A DNA stretch of 64,000 bases. Origin: Tepidiformaceae bacterium (GTDB taxonomy: Bacteria > Chloroflexota > Dehalococcoidia > Tepidiformales > Tepidiformaceae). Within the stretch, counting starts at the first letter, position 1, and each line of letters starts with the position of its first letter. The notes beneath the pieces are model-generated. The model was given only the letters and a program-made list of their open reading frames with translations. It did no database searches and was not told the origin of the DNA. Positions 17,996 through 27,389 of this stretch are shown piece by piece. The DNA lies in contig OZ242321.1 of NCBI GenBank assembly GCA_965208185.1, positions 192,163-256,162 of the forward strand, written 5' to 3'. Position numbers and translations under genes: made by a program.

Positions 17996-19333
17996 CTACG
18001 GGCCTCCGGCAATCTCCGCCAGCAGAACGCCCAGCATGAAGGCGGCGCCATCGCCGATCCGGTCGAGGGCCTCGGGTTCGACGAGGTCAATGACATCGGC
18101 GGGCGTATGGATCAGCGAAACGTCGCCGTCTGAGAAGAAGAGCACCGGCACGCCGACATCAGCGAAGCTCGAGTGGTCGCTTCCGTACCCCTCCGGCAGG
18201 GCCGACGCATACGCGGGCAAGCCCTCCCCCTCTAGGAGTGCTACCGTCCGGTCCACCAGCGCTCGCGTGCCGATGACCTCGATGGCGTCTCCCCTCGCGG
18301 TCACGTCGAAGTTGACCATGACCTCCGGGAGCTCGCCGTTCTCGGCCAGGCTCCGGGCCAGCGCCCTGCTCCCGAACAGTCCCGACTCCTCCGCCCCGAA
18401 CGTTACGAAGCAGAGCCCTTCGTCGAGACCGTCGGCGGCGAAGGCGCGCGCCAGTTCGAGGATGATGGCCACGCCACTTGCGTTGTCCACGGCGCCCGGC
18501 GATGCCGACACGGTGTCGTGGTGTCCTCCCGCGAGGATGTCGCAGCGAGCGTCCTCGTCGGGGCGTGCGATGACGTTCATGGCCACCGGACGTGCGGGAC
18601 CGATCTCGATGCTGATCGGTGCTCCCTCCGCGATCGCTCGCGAGAAGCGTTCCGCCTCGGTGTGGGCCACGAGGACGACGGGAATGGCGTCGCGGGCGGG
18701 AATCGGGAACCCGGCCAGCCGCCACGGTTCGTGGTTCACGATCACAAGCCCGGCCGCCCCGTTTCTGGCGGCGGCCATGTACATCATCGCGTCCTGGGGC
18801 CGGGACGTGCTCCGGCTCCCAATGGGGATCGCGCCTCCGAAAGAAGCGTTGCCGGTGAGCCCACCGTCGACCGCCCGCCCTTCCGCCGACCTCGCCGACG
18901 TGGCCTCGCCATTCAGCGCGATCCCTTCGATCGTCTCCCCTCCCACGGTGACGGTCGCCTGCCGGAAACGTGTCTCATACGTGAACTCCGTCACCTCGAC
19001 CGCGTAGCCGTAGCTCCGGAGTGCTTCGGCGATGTACGCGACCGTCTCCCGCGCCTCCTGCGAGCCGGACACCCTCGGACCGATGCCCACGGAGAGCACA
19101 CGCACGTGCTCCATCGCGTTCTCGAGGTTGTGGTCGAGGCGCTCGCCGATCTCGGATGGTGCGGCGGCCGGAGTGGCCGGCTCGGTCGGTGTGGCCTCCG
19201 CAGCTGTGGGCGTTGCCGTCGTCGTCGGTGCCGGAGCCGCCGGCGTGGGGGACGCGTCCTCGGAACCGCCACCCGAGCACGCTGCTGCAAGCACTGCGGC
19301 CAGCGCGATGGCAGCCAGGAATCGGGTGGTCAT
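17996..19333 (-). CDS. M28-family aminopeptidase with PA domain, lipoprotein signal and PT/A-rich linker
   Basis: Trimmed to the ATG at 19333 (MTTRFLAAIALAAVLAAAC). Metal ligand motifs GGHHDTV, VDNASGVA and GAEESGLFGS. Confidence 0.88.
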   Translation of the reverse strand: MTTRFLAAIALAAVLAAACSGGGSEDASPTPAAPAPTTTATPTAAEATPTEPATPAAAPSEIGERLDHNLENAMEHVRVLSVGIGPRVSGSQEARETVAYIAEALRSYGYAVEVTEFTYETRFRQATVTVGGETIEGIALNGEATSARSAEGRAVDGGLTGNASFGGAIPIGSRSTSRPQDAMMYMAAARNGAAGLVIVNHEPWRLAGFPIPARDAIPVVLVAHTEAERFSRAIAEGAPISIEIGPARPVAMNVIARPDEDARCDILAGGHHDTVSASPGAVDNASGVAIILELARAFAADGLDEGLCFVTFGAEESGLFGSRALARSLAENGELPEVMVNFDVTARGDAIEVIGTRALVDRTVALLEGEGLPAYASALPEGYGSDHSSFADVGVPVLFFSDGDVSLIHTPADVIDLVEPEALDRIGDGAAFMLGVLLAEIAGGP

Positions 19334-19370
19334 GAGCAGTCCGGGACGGGCGACGCGTCGGTTGTCGCCC

Positions 19371-19820
19371 CTAGCGACCGCGAAGCGCACGCCTGATCCG
19401 TGCCAGCACACCCGGCGGGGCGGGCTCGTACTCGACGTAACGTCCGCGCCAATGGGCGCCCTTCGCGGCTGGCGGGGCCGAGACCGAAGCTCGTCGCGGG
19501 CGCACGAACGACCAGATGAACGCGGCGAGGAAGAGCACGACGCCGATGAAGGCCATCCAGATGAGCGCGGCCCAGATGGCAGCCAGGATGAGACCCGCCA
19601 CCATCACCCCCGCCCCGGTGAAGAGCATCGAGGCGGGAGTCGGACCGTTCACCTTCAGACCGAATGCAGAGGCGATACGGGACGAGAAGGGTTGACCCCG
19701 GTTCCGCCGGTGGCTTTCCAGCGAGATCGGCTCCTCGCCCGGCTTTGGAGGCTCCTCTCCGAGGCGGGCCAGGATCTCCTCGATCTCGCGATCGATGCGG
19801 TCGGGCATGGCACTGTCCAC
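19371..19820 (-). CDS. hypothetical membrane protein (two predicted TM helices)
   Basis: 149-aa ORF with good GC3 bias and a hydrophobic core LFTGAGVMVAGLILAAIWAALIWMAFIGVVLFLAAFIW. No family recognised. An alternative start lies at 19808. Confidence 0.55.
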   Translation of the reverse strand: MDSAMPDRIDREIEEILARLGEEPPKPGEEPISLESHRRNRGQPFSSRIASAFGLKVNGPTPASMLFTGAGVMVAGLILAAIWAALIWMAFIGVVLFLAAFIWSFVRPRRASVSAPPAAKGAHWRGRYVEYEPAPPGVLARIRRALRGR

Positions 19821-19851
19821 GATAGGGGATCAGCGAGTAAACCGTCGATGG

Positions 19852-21414
19852 TCAGCCGTGGGCGTCCTTACCCCAGCCTCCCCCGCCGGGTGTATGCACC
19901 TCCACGCGTTCGCCGGCTGCTACCCGAAGCTGCTGCTGGCCGGCGAGGGGCTCGCGCTCCCCGTTCGCGCGGATCAGCGTGTTCTCGCCGTGCTCTGCCG
20001 CCTCTCCGCCCTGCGTCCCCGGTGGCCCGACGGCCCTGCGGTCGCCGATGAGGGAGACGTCCGCCTCCGTCAGGAATTCGATCTCGCGCACCACCCCGTC
20101 ACCCCCACGGTGCCGCCCCTCGCCCCCGCTCCCGTCGCGTAGCTCGAAACGCCGGACTCGTACGGGAAAGGCGTTCTCGATCGACTCGGCGGGGGTGTTG
20201 GCGGTGTTGGTCATGTGCGTCTGCACACCGCTTTCGCCATCTCCGTCGGGCCCCGCTCCGGCGCCGCCCGGAACCGTCTCGTAGTAGGCGAAGGGCTCGC
20301 CACTGGCTCGTACGCCACCAAACGTGAAGTTGCTCATCGTGCCGGCACTCGCCGCCGGGATTCGTCCCGGAAGCGCTTCCGCAAATGTCGCGAGCACGAC
20401 GTCGGTCACGCGCTGCGAGGTCTCGACATTGCCGGCGGAAACGGCGCGCTGGGGCCGGGCGTTGACGATCGAGCCCTCGGGAAGGATGACCTCAATGGGC
20501 CGGAAGACGCCCGCGTTGGAGGGAGCATCCGGGGGCAGGAGGCAGCGCACACAGTAGGCCACCGCCGATCGCGTCACGGCGGCCACGGCGTTGATCGAGG
20601 CGGCCTGCTCCGCCGCCGAGCCGCTGAAGTCAACCGTGACCTCCTCCCCGCGTAAGGAAACCCGGGCACGGATGGGGAGCAGCGTTCCGTACGCGCCCTC
20701 CATCACGTCCTCGGCCGCGTAATCGCCCTCGGGGACCTCGGCAAGGGCTGCCCGCGTGAGCCGCTCGGCGTAGTCGGTGAGAGCGGCCATCCAACGCGCG
20801 AGCTCGTCGCTTCCGTAGCGGGTGGCAAGCGCCTGGAGGCGAGCGGCGCCGGTACTGAGCGCCCCGAGCTGGGCGTCGAAGTCGCCGCGCCGCTCGGCGG
20901 GGGTGCGGACGTTCCGCAAGATCAGCGCGAAGAGCGCCTCGTTCAGCCGTCCCGCCTCGCGCAGCTTGAGCGGCGGGATGATGACGCCCTCCTGGTACAG
21001 CTCCGTGGCGACCGGCATCGAACCTGCCGACATACCTCCGATGTCGGCGTGGTGCGCGCGGTTCGCGACGAACCCGATGAGCTCCCCGCCGGCGAAGACG
21101 GGCGCCACCAGCGTCACGTCGGGGAGGTGGGTGCCACCGAGATATGGGTCGTTGACGATGGCCACGTCACCCTCGCTCCAGGGTGCGAGCGTAGACACCG
21201 CGGCGATCGACTCGGGCATGGCTCCCAGGTGGACGGGGATGTGAGCGGCCTGCGCCACCATCTCACCGTTTGCATCGAAGACGGCGCAGGAGAAGTCGCG
21301 GCGCTCGCGGATGTTGGGTGAGTGGCTTGTGCGCCACAGCGTTACGCCCATCTCCTCCGCAGCCGAAGCGAGGAGCGCGTTCCAGACGGCGAGGCGGGCG
21401 GGATCGTCGGTCAT
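19852..21414 (-). CDS. hydantoinase B/oxoprolinase family protein
   Basis: 520 aa with HyuB-type sequence (SPNIRERRDFSCAVFD...HIPVHLGAM). Its start overlaps the A-subunit stop. Confidence 0.9.
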   Translation of the reverse strand: MTDDPARLAVWNALLASAAEEMGVTLWRTSHSPNIRERRDFSCAVFDANGEMVAQAAHIPVHLGAMPESIAAVSTLAPWSEGDVAIVNDPYLGGTHLPDVTLVAPVFAGGELIGFVANRAHHADIGGMSAGSMPVATELYQEGVIIPPLKLREAGRLNEALFALILRNVRTPAERRGDFDAQLGALSTGAARLQALATRYGSDELARWMAALTDYAERLTRAALAEVPEGDYAAEDVMEGAYGTLLPIRARVSLRGEEVTVDFSGSAAEQAASINAVAAVTRSAVAYCVRCLLPPDAPSNAGVFRPIEVILPEGSIVNARPQRAVSAGNVETSQRVTDVVLATFAEALPGRIPAASAGTMSNFTFGGVRASGEPFAYYETVPGGAGAGPDGDGESGVQTHMTNTANTPAESIENAFPVRVRRFELRDGSGGEGRHRGGDGVVREIEFLTEADVSLIGDRRAVGPPGTQGGEAAEHGENTLIRANGEREPLAGQQQLRVAAGERVEVHTPGGGGWGKDAHG

Positions 21415-23354
21415 CGTGGGGTCACCAGGAGGTTGCCGCCGGCGTCGACGGTCGCCTGCCAGCCCTCCGGAATGAAGGTAGTTGCGTCCGGCTGGGTGAT
21501 AACCGCAGGCCCGCCGAGCGTCGAGCCGACGGCAAGCGCTGCTCGGGAGGTCTGGGCTGCGGCGACGCCGCCTGCCAGCGTGATCGGTTCGGACGCCCCG
21601 GAATCGTCAGTGGTCTCGGCGGCCAGGTCCGGAAGAGTACGCGTTGCCCCCTGCGCGCGGCAGCGCAACGCGACCAGCTCGACGCTCCGCTCGGGAGTCG
21701 AGAAGCCGTACTCGCGCTCGTGGGCGGCGTGGAAGGCGGTGACGATTGCGTCGGGAGCGGGCAGGGCGATGGCGACTCGCAGCTCGTGGGCCTGGCCCTG
21801 GTAGCGCACGTCCGCCGCCCAGGTCAGAGCCGTGAGCGTCCCGCCCGCGGCCTGCAAATCCGCCTTCGCCTGCCCCTCCAGCGCCCTGGCCGTGTTGTTG
21901 ATGGAGGTCGACGCTTCCGGTCCCAGGGTGATCAGCAGGCCCTGTCCCCGCTCGATGACCTCCGGGGCGGTGGCAATGCCGACGGCCGAGAGAACTCCGG
22001 CATGGCGGGGCACGAGCACCTGTCCGATGCCAAGCTCGGCCGCGAGCTCGCAGACGTGGAGCGGGCCGGCGCCGCCAAAGGCCACGAGCGTGAAGCCGGC
22101 GGGGTCGTACCCCCGTTCCAGGCTGACGCGCCGCAGGGCTCGCGCCATGGTCGCGTTCGCGACCTCGACCACCGCAGCCGCCGACGGTTCTGGCTCGCCG
22201 AGGGTGGCCAGGGCGTCGCTGGCGCGTTCGAGGTCGGGGATCACGCTGCCACCCAGCGGCGCGTCGGGACGGAGGCGTCCCAGCACGAGATTGGCGTCGG
22301 AGACGGTTGGGAGCTCGCCGCGTCCGTAGCAGGCGGGACCGGGATCGGCGCCTGCGCTCTGCGGCCCCACCGCCAGCGCCCCGCCCGGGTCGAGGCGGGC
22401 GATCGATCCGCCGCCGGCGCCCACCGTCACGATGTCGACCATGGGCGTGTGCACGGCGAGGCCGTCGACCTCGGTGGCGGAGCGGTAGCGCGGTTCGCCC
22501 GGGCAGAGCGAAACATCGGTGCTGGTGCCGCCCATATCGAACGTGATGACTTGCTCGTGGCCCGCCGCCTTCGCGACGGCAAGGGCGCCGAGCACGCCGC
22601 CGGCGGGTCCGCTCGTGACCATCGAGACAGGACGCTCACCGCTGGTCGCCGCGTCCGTGAGGCCGCCGGCCGAGTGCATCACGCGCAGCCCGGGGAAGCG
22701 CTCGTCGATGCCGTTCAGGTAGCGGCGGGCGGCTGGCTGGAGGAAGGCGTTGATGGCGGTTGTGCTGGCGCGCTCGTACTCGCGGTGCTCGGGAAGCGTC
22801 TCGTGGGAGGCGCTCACCGGGAAACCCGCTTTGCGCAAGGCGCCGGCGAGACGGGCCTCGTGTTCGGGTCGCAGATAGGCGAACAGCAGGCAGATCGCGA
22901 CCGCCTCCGCCCCCAACGCCCGCGCCTCCTGGACCACCCGCGCGACCTCGCCGTCGTCGAGGGGCATCACGACGTTGCCGCCGGCGCCGATCCGCTCCCG
23001 CACGGTGATGACGTCGCCACGTGCGACGACGTGCGGCGTTCGGCGTGGTTCGAGGTCGTAGAGGGCGGGGCGCTCCTGCCGCCGGATGACGAGCAGGTCG
23101 CGGAAGCCCTCGGTCGTGACGAGAACGGTGCGCGGTCCCCGACGCTCGAGGAGGGCGTTGGTGGCGACGGTGCTGCCGTGCGCCAGCCGCTGGTCGGTCA
23201 GGCCACCCGCGCCGGCCAGGACGGCTTCTTCCGGAGCGGAGGGCGTCGAGAGGCGCTTCCAGGCGCGGATGCCCGTCTCCTCGATGGCGACGAAATCGGT
23301 GAACGTGCCGCCCACGTCCACGCCGAGGACGCCTCCTTCCAGCGCCTCGGCCAC
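21411..23354 (-). CDS. hydantoinase A/oxoprolinase family protein
   Basis: 647 aa. N-terminal GVDVGGTFTDFV ATPase motif and a second DMGGTSTDV motif. Confidence 0.9.
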   Translation of the reverse strand: MAEALEGGVLGVDVGGTFTDFVAIEETGIRAWKRLSTPSAPEEAVLAGAGGLTDQRLAHGSTVATNALLERRGPRTVLVTTEGFRDLLVIRRQERPALYDLEPRRTPHVVARGDVITVRERIGAGGNVVMPLDDGEVARVVQEARALGAEAVAICLLFAYLRPEHEARLAGALRKAGFPVSASHETLPEHREYERASTTAINAFLQPAARRYLNGIDERFPGLRVMHSAGGLTDAATSGERPVSMVTSGPAGGVLGALAVAKAAGHEQVITFDMGGTSTDVSLCPGEPRYRSATEVDGLAVHTPMVDIVTVGAGGGSIARLDPGGALAVGPQSAGADPGPACYGRGELPTVSDANLVLGRLRPDAPLGGSVIPDLERASDALATLGEPEPSAAAVVEVANATMARALRRVSLERGYDPAGFTLVAFGGAGPLHVCELAAELGIGQVLVPRHAGVLSAVGIATAPEVIERGQGLLITLGPEASTSINNTARALEGQAKADLQAAGGTLTALTWAADVRYQGQAHELRVAIALPAPDAIVTAFHAAHEREYGFSTPERSVELVALRCRAQGATRTLPDLAAETTDDSGASEPITLAGGVAAAQTSRAALAVGSTLGGPAVITQPDATTFIPEGWQATVDAGGNLLVTPR

Positions 23355-23355
23355 C

Positions 23356-25227
23356 CTAGACGTACTCCTTGACCTTCTCCGCGAGTGAGCGGGTGTAGCC
23401 GGCCGTGCTCGCGATCTCCTCGACGCCCGCCTCGCCCACGGCCTTCAGCGAGCCGAACTTGCGCAGGAGGGCGCGCTTCCGTTTCGGCCCGACGCCGGGG
23501 ATGGAGTCGAGGACGCTGGCGGTGGCGGCCTTGCGGCGCACCTGGCGGTGGTAGGTGATGGCGAAGCGGTGGGCCTCGTCACGGACGCGCTGGACGAGGT
23601 AGAGGGCTTCGGAGCCGCGCGGCAGGATGATGGGCGCCTCCTCATCCGGGGCGAACAGCTCCTCGTGACGCTTCGCCAGCCCGAACGTCGGGATGTGGTA
23701 CACCCCGAGCTCGCGCATCACTTCGACGGCGGCGCTCAACTGGCCCTTGCCACCGTCGACGATGACGAGGTCGGGCAGGTCCCAGCCATCGTCGTCGGTT
23801 GTCTCGTCGTCGCCGCCTTCGAGGGTCTGCTGCTCGATGCGTTTGGCGGCTCGCTTGAAGCGGCGGCGCAGGACCTCCTGCATGGTGGCGAAGTCGTCGG
23901 GCCCCTCGACCGTCTTGATGCGGAACTTGCGGTACTGCCGAGGGGCCGGCTGTCCGTCGAGGAAGACGACCATGCTGGAGACGGGGCTGGCGCCCTGGGT
24001 GTTCGAGTTGTCGTAGCACTCGATGCGGTGAGGCGCCTCGGGCAGGGCCAGCTCCTCGCGCAGTTCGTCGAGGGCGGTGGCGGTCTTGGTCTGGTCGCTG
24101 AGCCAGCGCACCTTGAGGTTGTCCAGCGCCTCGGCCGCGTTCTCGCGGGCCATCTCCAGGAGCTGGCGCTTCTCGCCGCGCTGGGCCACGCGAATCTCGA
24201 CGTTGGCGCCACGCTTCTCCGTGAGCATCGCCTCCAGATCGGCCCGCCCTTCCGGCTCGATTGGCACGACGACCAGCTTCGGGATCGACTGCGCGCTCTC
24301 GTAGTACTGCTGCAGCAGGCTGCCGAGCACGGCCTCGTCGGACTCGCCGGTGACGCCTTCCATGACGAAGTGGTCACGACCGGTCATCTGGGTGCCGCGG
24401 ACGAAGAAGACCTGCACGCAGGCACGGTCGCCCTCGCGGGCGAGGCCGTAGACGTCGAGCTCCTCCTTCTTCGTGGTCGAGAGCATCTGGCGCTCGACGG
24501 TGCGCTCGATGGCCCGGATCTGGTCGCGGAGCATGGCGGCGCGCTCGTAGTCGAGGGACTCGGCGGCACCCTCCATCTGGTCCCCGAGTCGGTCGAGCAC
24601 ATCCGAGGCCTTCCCTTCGAGGAAAAGGATGATCTGGTCGATGACCTCCGTGTACTCCGCGGGCGTGCAGTAGGCCGTGCAGGGGGCGATGCAGCGCTTG
24701 ATGTAGTAGTCGAGGCAGGGGCGCGGATCCTTCCCCGTGATCTCCTTGGTGCAGGAGCGGTAGGGGAAGAGCTTCTTGAGCAGGTCGAGGGTGGCTCGCA
24801 CGGAGCCGGCGCTGGCGTACGGGCCGAAGTAGCGGGCCCCGTCCTTCTCGATACGGCGCGTGATGTAAACGCGCGGCCACGGGTTCTGCACGTCGATCTT
24901 GAGGTAGGGATAGCGCTTGTCGTCCTTCAGGCGGATGTTGAAGAAGGGCTGGTGCCGCTTGATCAGCGTCGCCTCAAGGATGAGCGCCTCGCCCGCGTTG
25001 GCGCAGACGATGTACTCGAAGTCCTCGATGTCGGCGCGCAAGGCGCGGGTCTTCGGCTCCAGGCTGCGGGGCGAGCCGAAGTAGGAGCGCACACGGTCCT
25101 TCAGGCGCGCTGCCTTGCCGACGTAGATGACCTCGCCCTTCTCGTTGCGCATGAGGTAGACGCCGGGCCTCGCGGGGAGCGCCTCGATCTGCTTCTTGAG
25201 CCGGTCGGGAAGGGCGGTTGCGACCAC
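23356..25227 (-). CDS. uvrC: excinuclease ABC subunit C
   Basis: GIY-YIG module (PGVYLMRNEKGEVIYVGKA), UVR domain, and C-terminal (HhH)2 (IPGVGPKRKRALLRKFGSLKAV). Confidence 0.95.
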   Translation of the reverse strand: MVATALPDRLKKQIEALPARPGVYLMRNEKGEVIYVGKAARLKDRVRSYFGSPRSLEPKTRALRADIEDFEYIVCANAGEALILEATLIKRHQPFFNIRLKDDKRYPYLKIDVQNPWPRVYITRRIEKDGARYFGPYASAGSVRATLDLLKKLFPYRSCTKEITGKDPRPCLDYYIKRCIAPCTAYCTPAEYTEVIDQIILFLEGKASDVLDRLGDQMEGAAESLDYERAAMLRDQIRAIERTVERQMLSTTKKEELDVYGLAREGDRACVQVFFVRGTQMTGRDHFVMEGVTGESDEAVLGSLLQQYYESAQSIPKLVVVPIEPEGRADLEAMLTEKRGANVEIRVAQRGEKRQLLEMARENAAEALDNLKVRWLSDQTKTATALDELREELALPEAPHRIECYDNSNTQGASPVSSMVVFLDGQPAPRQYRKFRIKTVEGPDDFATMQEVLRRRFKRAAKRIEQQTLEGGDDETTDDDGWDLPDLVIVDGGKGQLSAAVEVMRELGVYHIPTFGLAKRHEELFAPDEEAPIILPRGSEALYLVQRVRDEAHRFAITYHRQVRRKAATASVLDSIPGVGPKRKRALLRKFGSLKAVGEAGVEEIASTAGYTRSLAEKVKEYV

Positions 25228-25248
25228 GTGGCTAGTGTAGCGCGGGGC

Positions 25249-26019
25249 TCAGGGGGACAGCTTCCCGCTCAGATCCCGAAGCTCCCGCAGCCTGCGCCGC
25301 GCGTAGTCGGACTCCAGTTGCCAGCAGACCGCGACTTCCCAGGCGACCGATGCCAGGCGGGCGCGGTCGAAGTCTGCGGATGGCAGACCAGCGCTCTCGG
25401 CATCCGGCAGGGCGCCGAGGTCGAGGAGCGGGGAGTCGACGCGGGCTTCATCCCAGTCCAGCAGGCTAACCCGGTCGCCGTCGATGCGGATGTTGGTGGG
25501 GGAGGGGTCGCCGTGAATCACCGTCGGCTCCCGCTCGGGCAGTTCCCTCCAGGCGGAGCGGCACAGGGAAGCGTCCTCGGGCGGGAGGAGGGACATGTCG
25601 ACGTCGCCACCACTGTCGGTCGGGATCAATTCGTGACATGTGCGGAAGCCGGGGCGCTGGGGACCCGCCGGCATCAGGCTGTGCAGCCGCCGCAGTTCAT
25701 CGCCGACGAGCTCTGCGTCTCGTTTGCCCGCGGGCTCCCTCCCCTCGATGAAGGACAGCACGACCAGCCCACCAACGCGGCGCTCGCCCGACGCAGTCGC
25801 GATCGGGAGGGGGACTATGAAGCCCTCGTCGTGCAGGGCGCCGAGCAGGTCGAGTTCCCAGTCGAGAGCCTCGCCGCTGCGGTCGTTCTGGCGGGCGACG
25901 CAGCGCTCACCATGCAGGCGGATGGTCCATACGCGGTTGCGCAGGCCGCTCACTTCCGCGTCGACCTCGACGGCGCCCCAGGGTTCGAGGGCTTTCTGGA
26001 GATCGGCATGAGTTGTCAT
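25249..26019 (-). CDS. aminoglycoside/choline-kinase-like phosphotransferase (APH family)
   Basis: Catalytic loop VIHGDPSPTNI and LLDWDEA. The ATG at 26019 is preferred (GGAG 7 nt upstream) over the TTG at 26037. Confidence 0.75.
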   Translation of the reverse strand: MTTHADLQKALEPWGAVEVDAEVSGLRNRVWTIRLHGERCVARQNDRSGEALDWELDLLGALHDEGFIVPLPIATASGERRVGGLVVLSFIEGREPAGKRDAELVGDELRRLHSLMPAGPQRPGFRTCHELIPTDSGGDVDMSLLPPEDASLCRSAWRELPEREPTVIHGDPSPTNIRIDGDRVSLLDWDEARVDSPLLDLGALPDAESAGLPSADFDRARLASVAWEVAVCWQLESDYARRRLRELRDLSGKLSP

Positions 26020-26085
26020 GGGGGAGTCTCCGTGCAATCAGCGTACGGCGTGTGCGCTCGCGAGCCAGCTAACGCTCCCCGCCGG

Positions 26086-26091
26086 TACAAT
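26086..26091 (+). promoter_or_regulatory. possible -10 box (TACAAT) 7 nt upstream of the crotonase GTG start
   Basis: ccggTACAATcgccgccGTG. This would give a leaderless or near-leaderless mRNA. Confidence 0.25.
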
Positions 26092-26098
26092 CGCCGCC

Positions 26099-26905
26099 GT
26101 GGACTACGAACACATCCTCTACGACGTGGCGGACGGAATCGCGACGATCACGCTGAACCGCCCCGAACGCCTGAACGCTTTCGACAACCTGATGCTGAGC
26201 GAGTGGCGGGACGCCATCGAGCGTTCGGATGCGGATGGCGACGTGCGCGTCATCATCCTGACCGGCGCCGGGCGCGGGTTCTGCAGCGGCATGGATGTCG
26301 CCCACGAAACCGCGGGCGAGGGCGTGTTGCGCACGGAGGAGAGCGTCGCGGAGCGGCGGCACAGCCTCCGCAACAGCGTCCACCACATCCCCCGGGCGCT
26401 GGTGCAGCTCGAGAAGCCGTACATCGCCGCCGTCAACGGCGCGGCCGTGGGCGCGGGGATGGACATGGCCTCGATGGCGGACATCCGCTTCGCCAGCGAG
26501 CGGGCGCGCTTCGGCATGGGCTATGTGCGCATGGGCCTCATTCCCGGCGACGGCGGCGCCTTCACGCTCCCCCGGATCGTGGGCACGGCCAAGGCGCTGG
26601 AGCTGATCTGGAGCGGCGAGCTGATTGACGCCCAGGAAGCGCTGCGCCTCGGCTACGTGAGCGAGGTCTACCCGCCCGAGGAGCTGCAGGAGCGCACGCG
26701 CGAGTTCGCTCAGAAGATCGCGCGGGGGCCGGCGACGGCCATCCAGCTCGCGAAGAAGCTCGTCTACCGTTCCGCCAACCTGACCTTCGACGAACACCTC
26801 GATTTCGCCCAGATGGCGATGACCCTCGCGCAGTCCACCGAGGACGCGAAGGAGGGCCCCCTCGCCTTCACCGAGAAACGCGAGCCCAACTTCAAGGGCT
26901 ACTAG
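26099..26905 (+). CDS. enoyl-CoA hydratase/isomerase (crotonase) family protein
   Basis: [12 protein letters not shown] and the oxyanion-hole motif [11 protein letters not shown]. Start assigned to the in-frame GTG at 26099 (VDYEHILYD), giving 268 aa. The upstream part of ORF 26018.. would collide with the divergent gene. Confidence 0.85.
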   Translation: MDYEHILYDVADGIATITLNRPERLNAFDNLMLSEWRDAIERSDADGDVRVIILTGAGRGFCSGMDVAHETAGEGVLRTEESVAERRHSLRNSVHHIPRALVQLEKPYIAAVNGAAVGAGMDMASMADIRFASERARFGMGYVRMGLIPGDGGAFTLPRIVGTAKALELIWSGELIDAQEALRLGYVSEVYPPEELQERTREFAQKIARGPATAIQLAKKLVYRSANLTFDEHLDFAQMAMTLAQSTEDAKEGPLAFTEKREPNFKGY

Positions 26906-26921
26906 CGACAAGGAGAACAAC

Positions 26922-27383
26922 ATGCCTCCAGCACCTGGTGACCGCGCCCCGGCGTTCACCCTGATGAACAAGGACCGGGAACAGGTCACGCTCGACTCGT
27001 TCCCCGGCAAGAACATCGTCCTGGCGTTCTATCCGCTCGCCTTCACCGGTGGGTGAACGTCCGAGATGATCGGCTTCCGCACGCACACGGATGCGTTCGC
27101 GGAGGCCAACGCCCAGGTTCTGGGCGTGAGCGTCGACTCCTTCGCCGCCGTCGGCGAGTTCCAGGAGAAGCTCGGGTTGGAGTTCCCCCTCGTCTCGGAC
27201 TTCCCGAAGAACCAGGCGGGACGCGATTACGACATCTTCAACGAGGACTTCGGTTTCCATAACCGCGCGACCTTCGTGATCGACAGCGAAGGTGTTGTGC
27301 GGGATGTCTACCTTGAGCCGCGCGACTTCGAATCGCACGCTCCGCACGCGCTCGAAGCACTGCGCGAACTGAACGAGGGCTAG
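26922..27383 (+). CDS. peroxiredoxin (AhpE/BCP-like) with in-frame TGA (27054-27056) at the peroxidatic-Cys position; predicted selenocysteine-containing Prx
   Basis: AGGAG lies 6 nt upstream of ATG 26922. The frame reads [61 protein letters not shown]..., continuing in frame into track ORF 27066..27383. The motif PxxxTxxC becomes P38-LAF-T42-GG-U45. Total is 153 codons. Confidence 0.75.
27072..27107 (+). promoter_or_regulatory. candidate bacterial SECIS stem-loop, starting 15 nt downstream of the in-frame UGA
   Basis: Checked base by base. Lower stem 27072-27080/27099-27107 is 9 bp (one G-U). Upper stem 27081-27085/27092-27096 is 5 bp. There is a 2-nt bulge (27097-27098) and an apical loop CACGGA (27086-27091). 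Confidence 0.55.
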
Positions 27384-27389
27384 GTTCCC

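Noticed and set aside
27054-27056. TGA in the peroxiredoxin read as a plain nonsense mutation (pseudogene), or as two separate small genes
   Set aside because: This reading is not excluded but is judged less likely. The stop is exactly at the catalytic Cys codon, both halves remain in frame and intact, the upstream half has a good RBS, and a SECIS-like hairpin follows at the expected distance. The 44-codon N-terminal piece is not a plausible independent gene.
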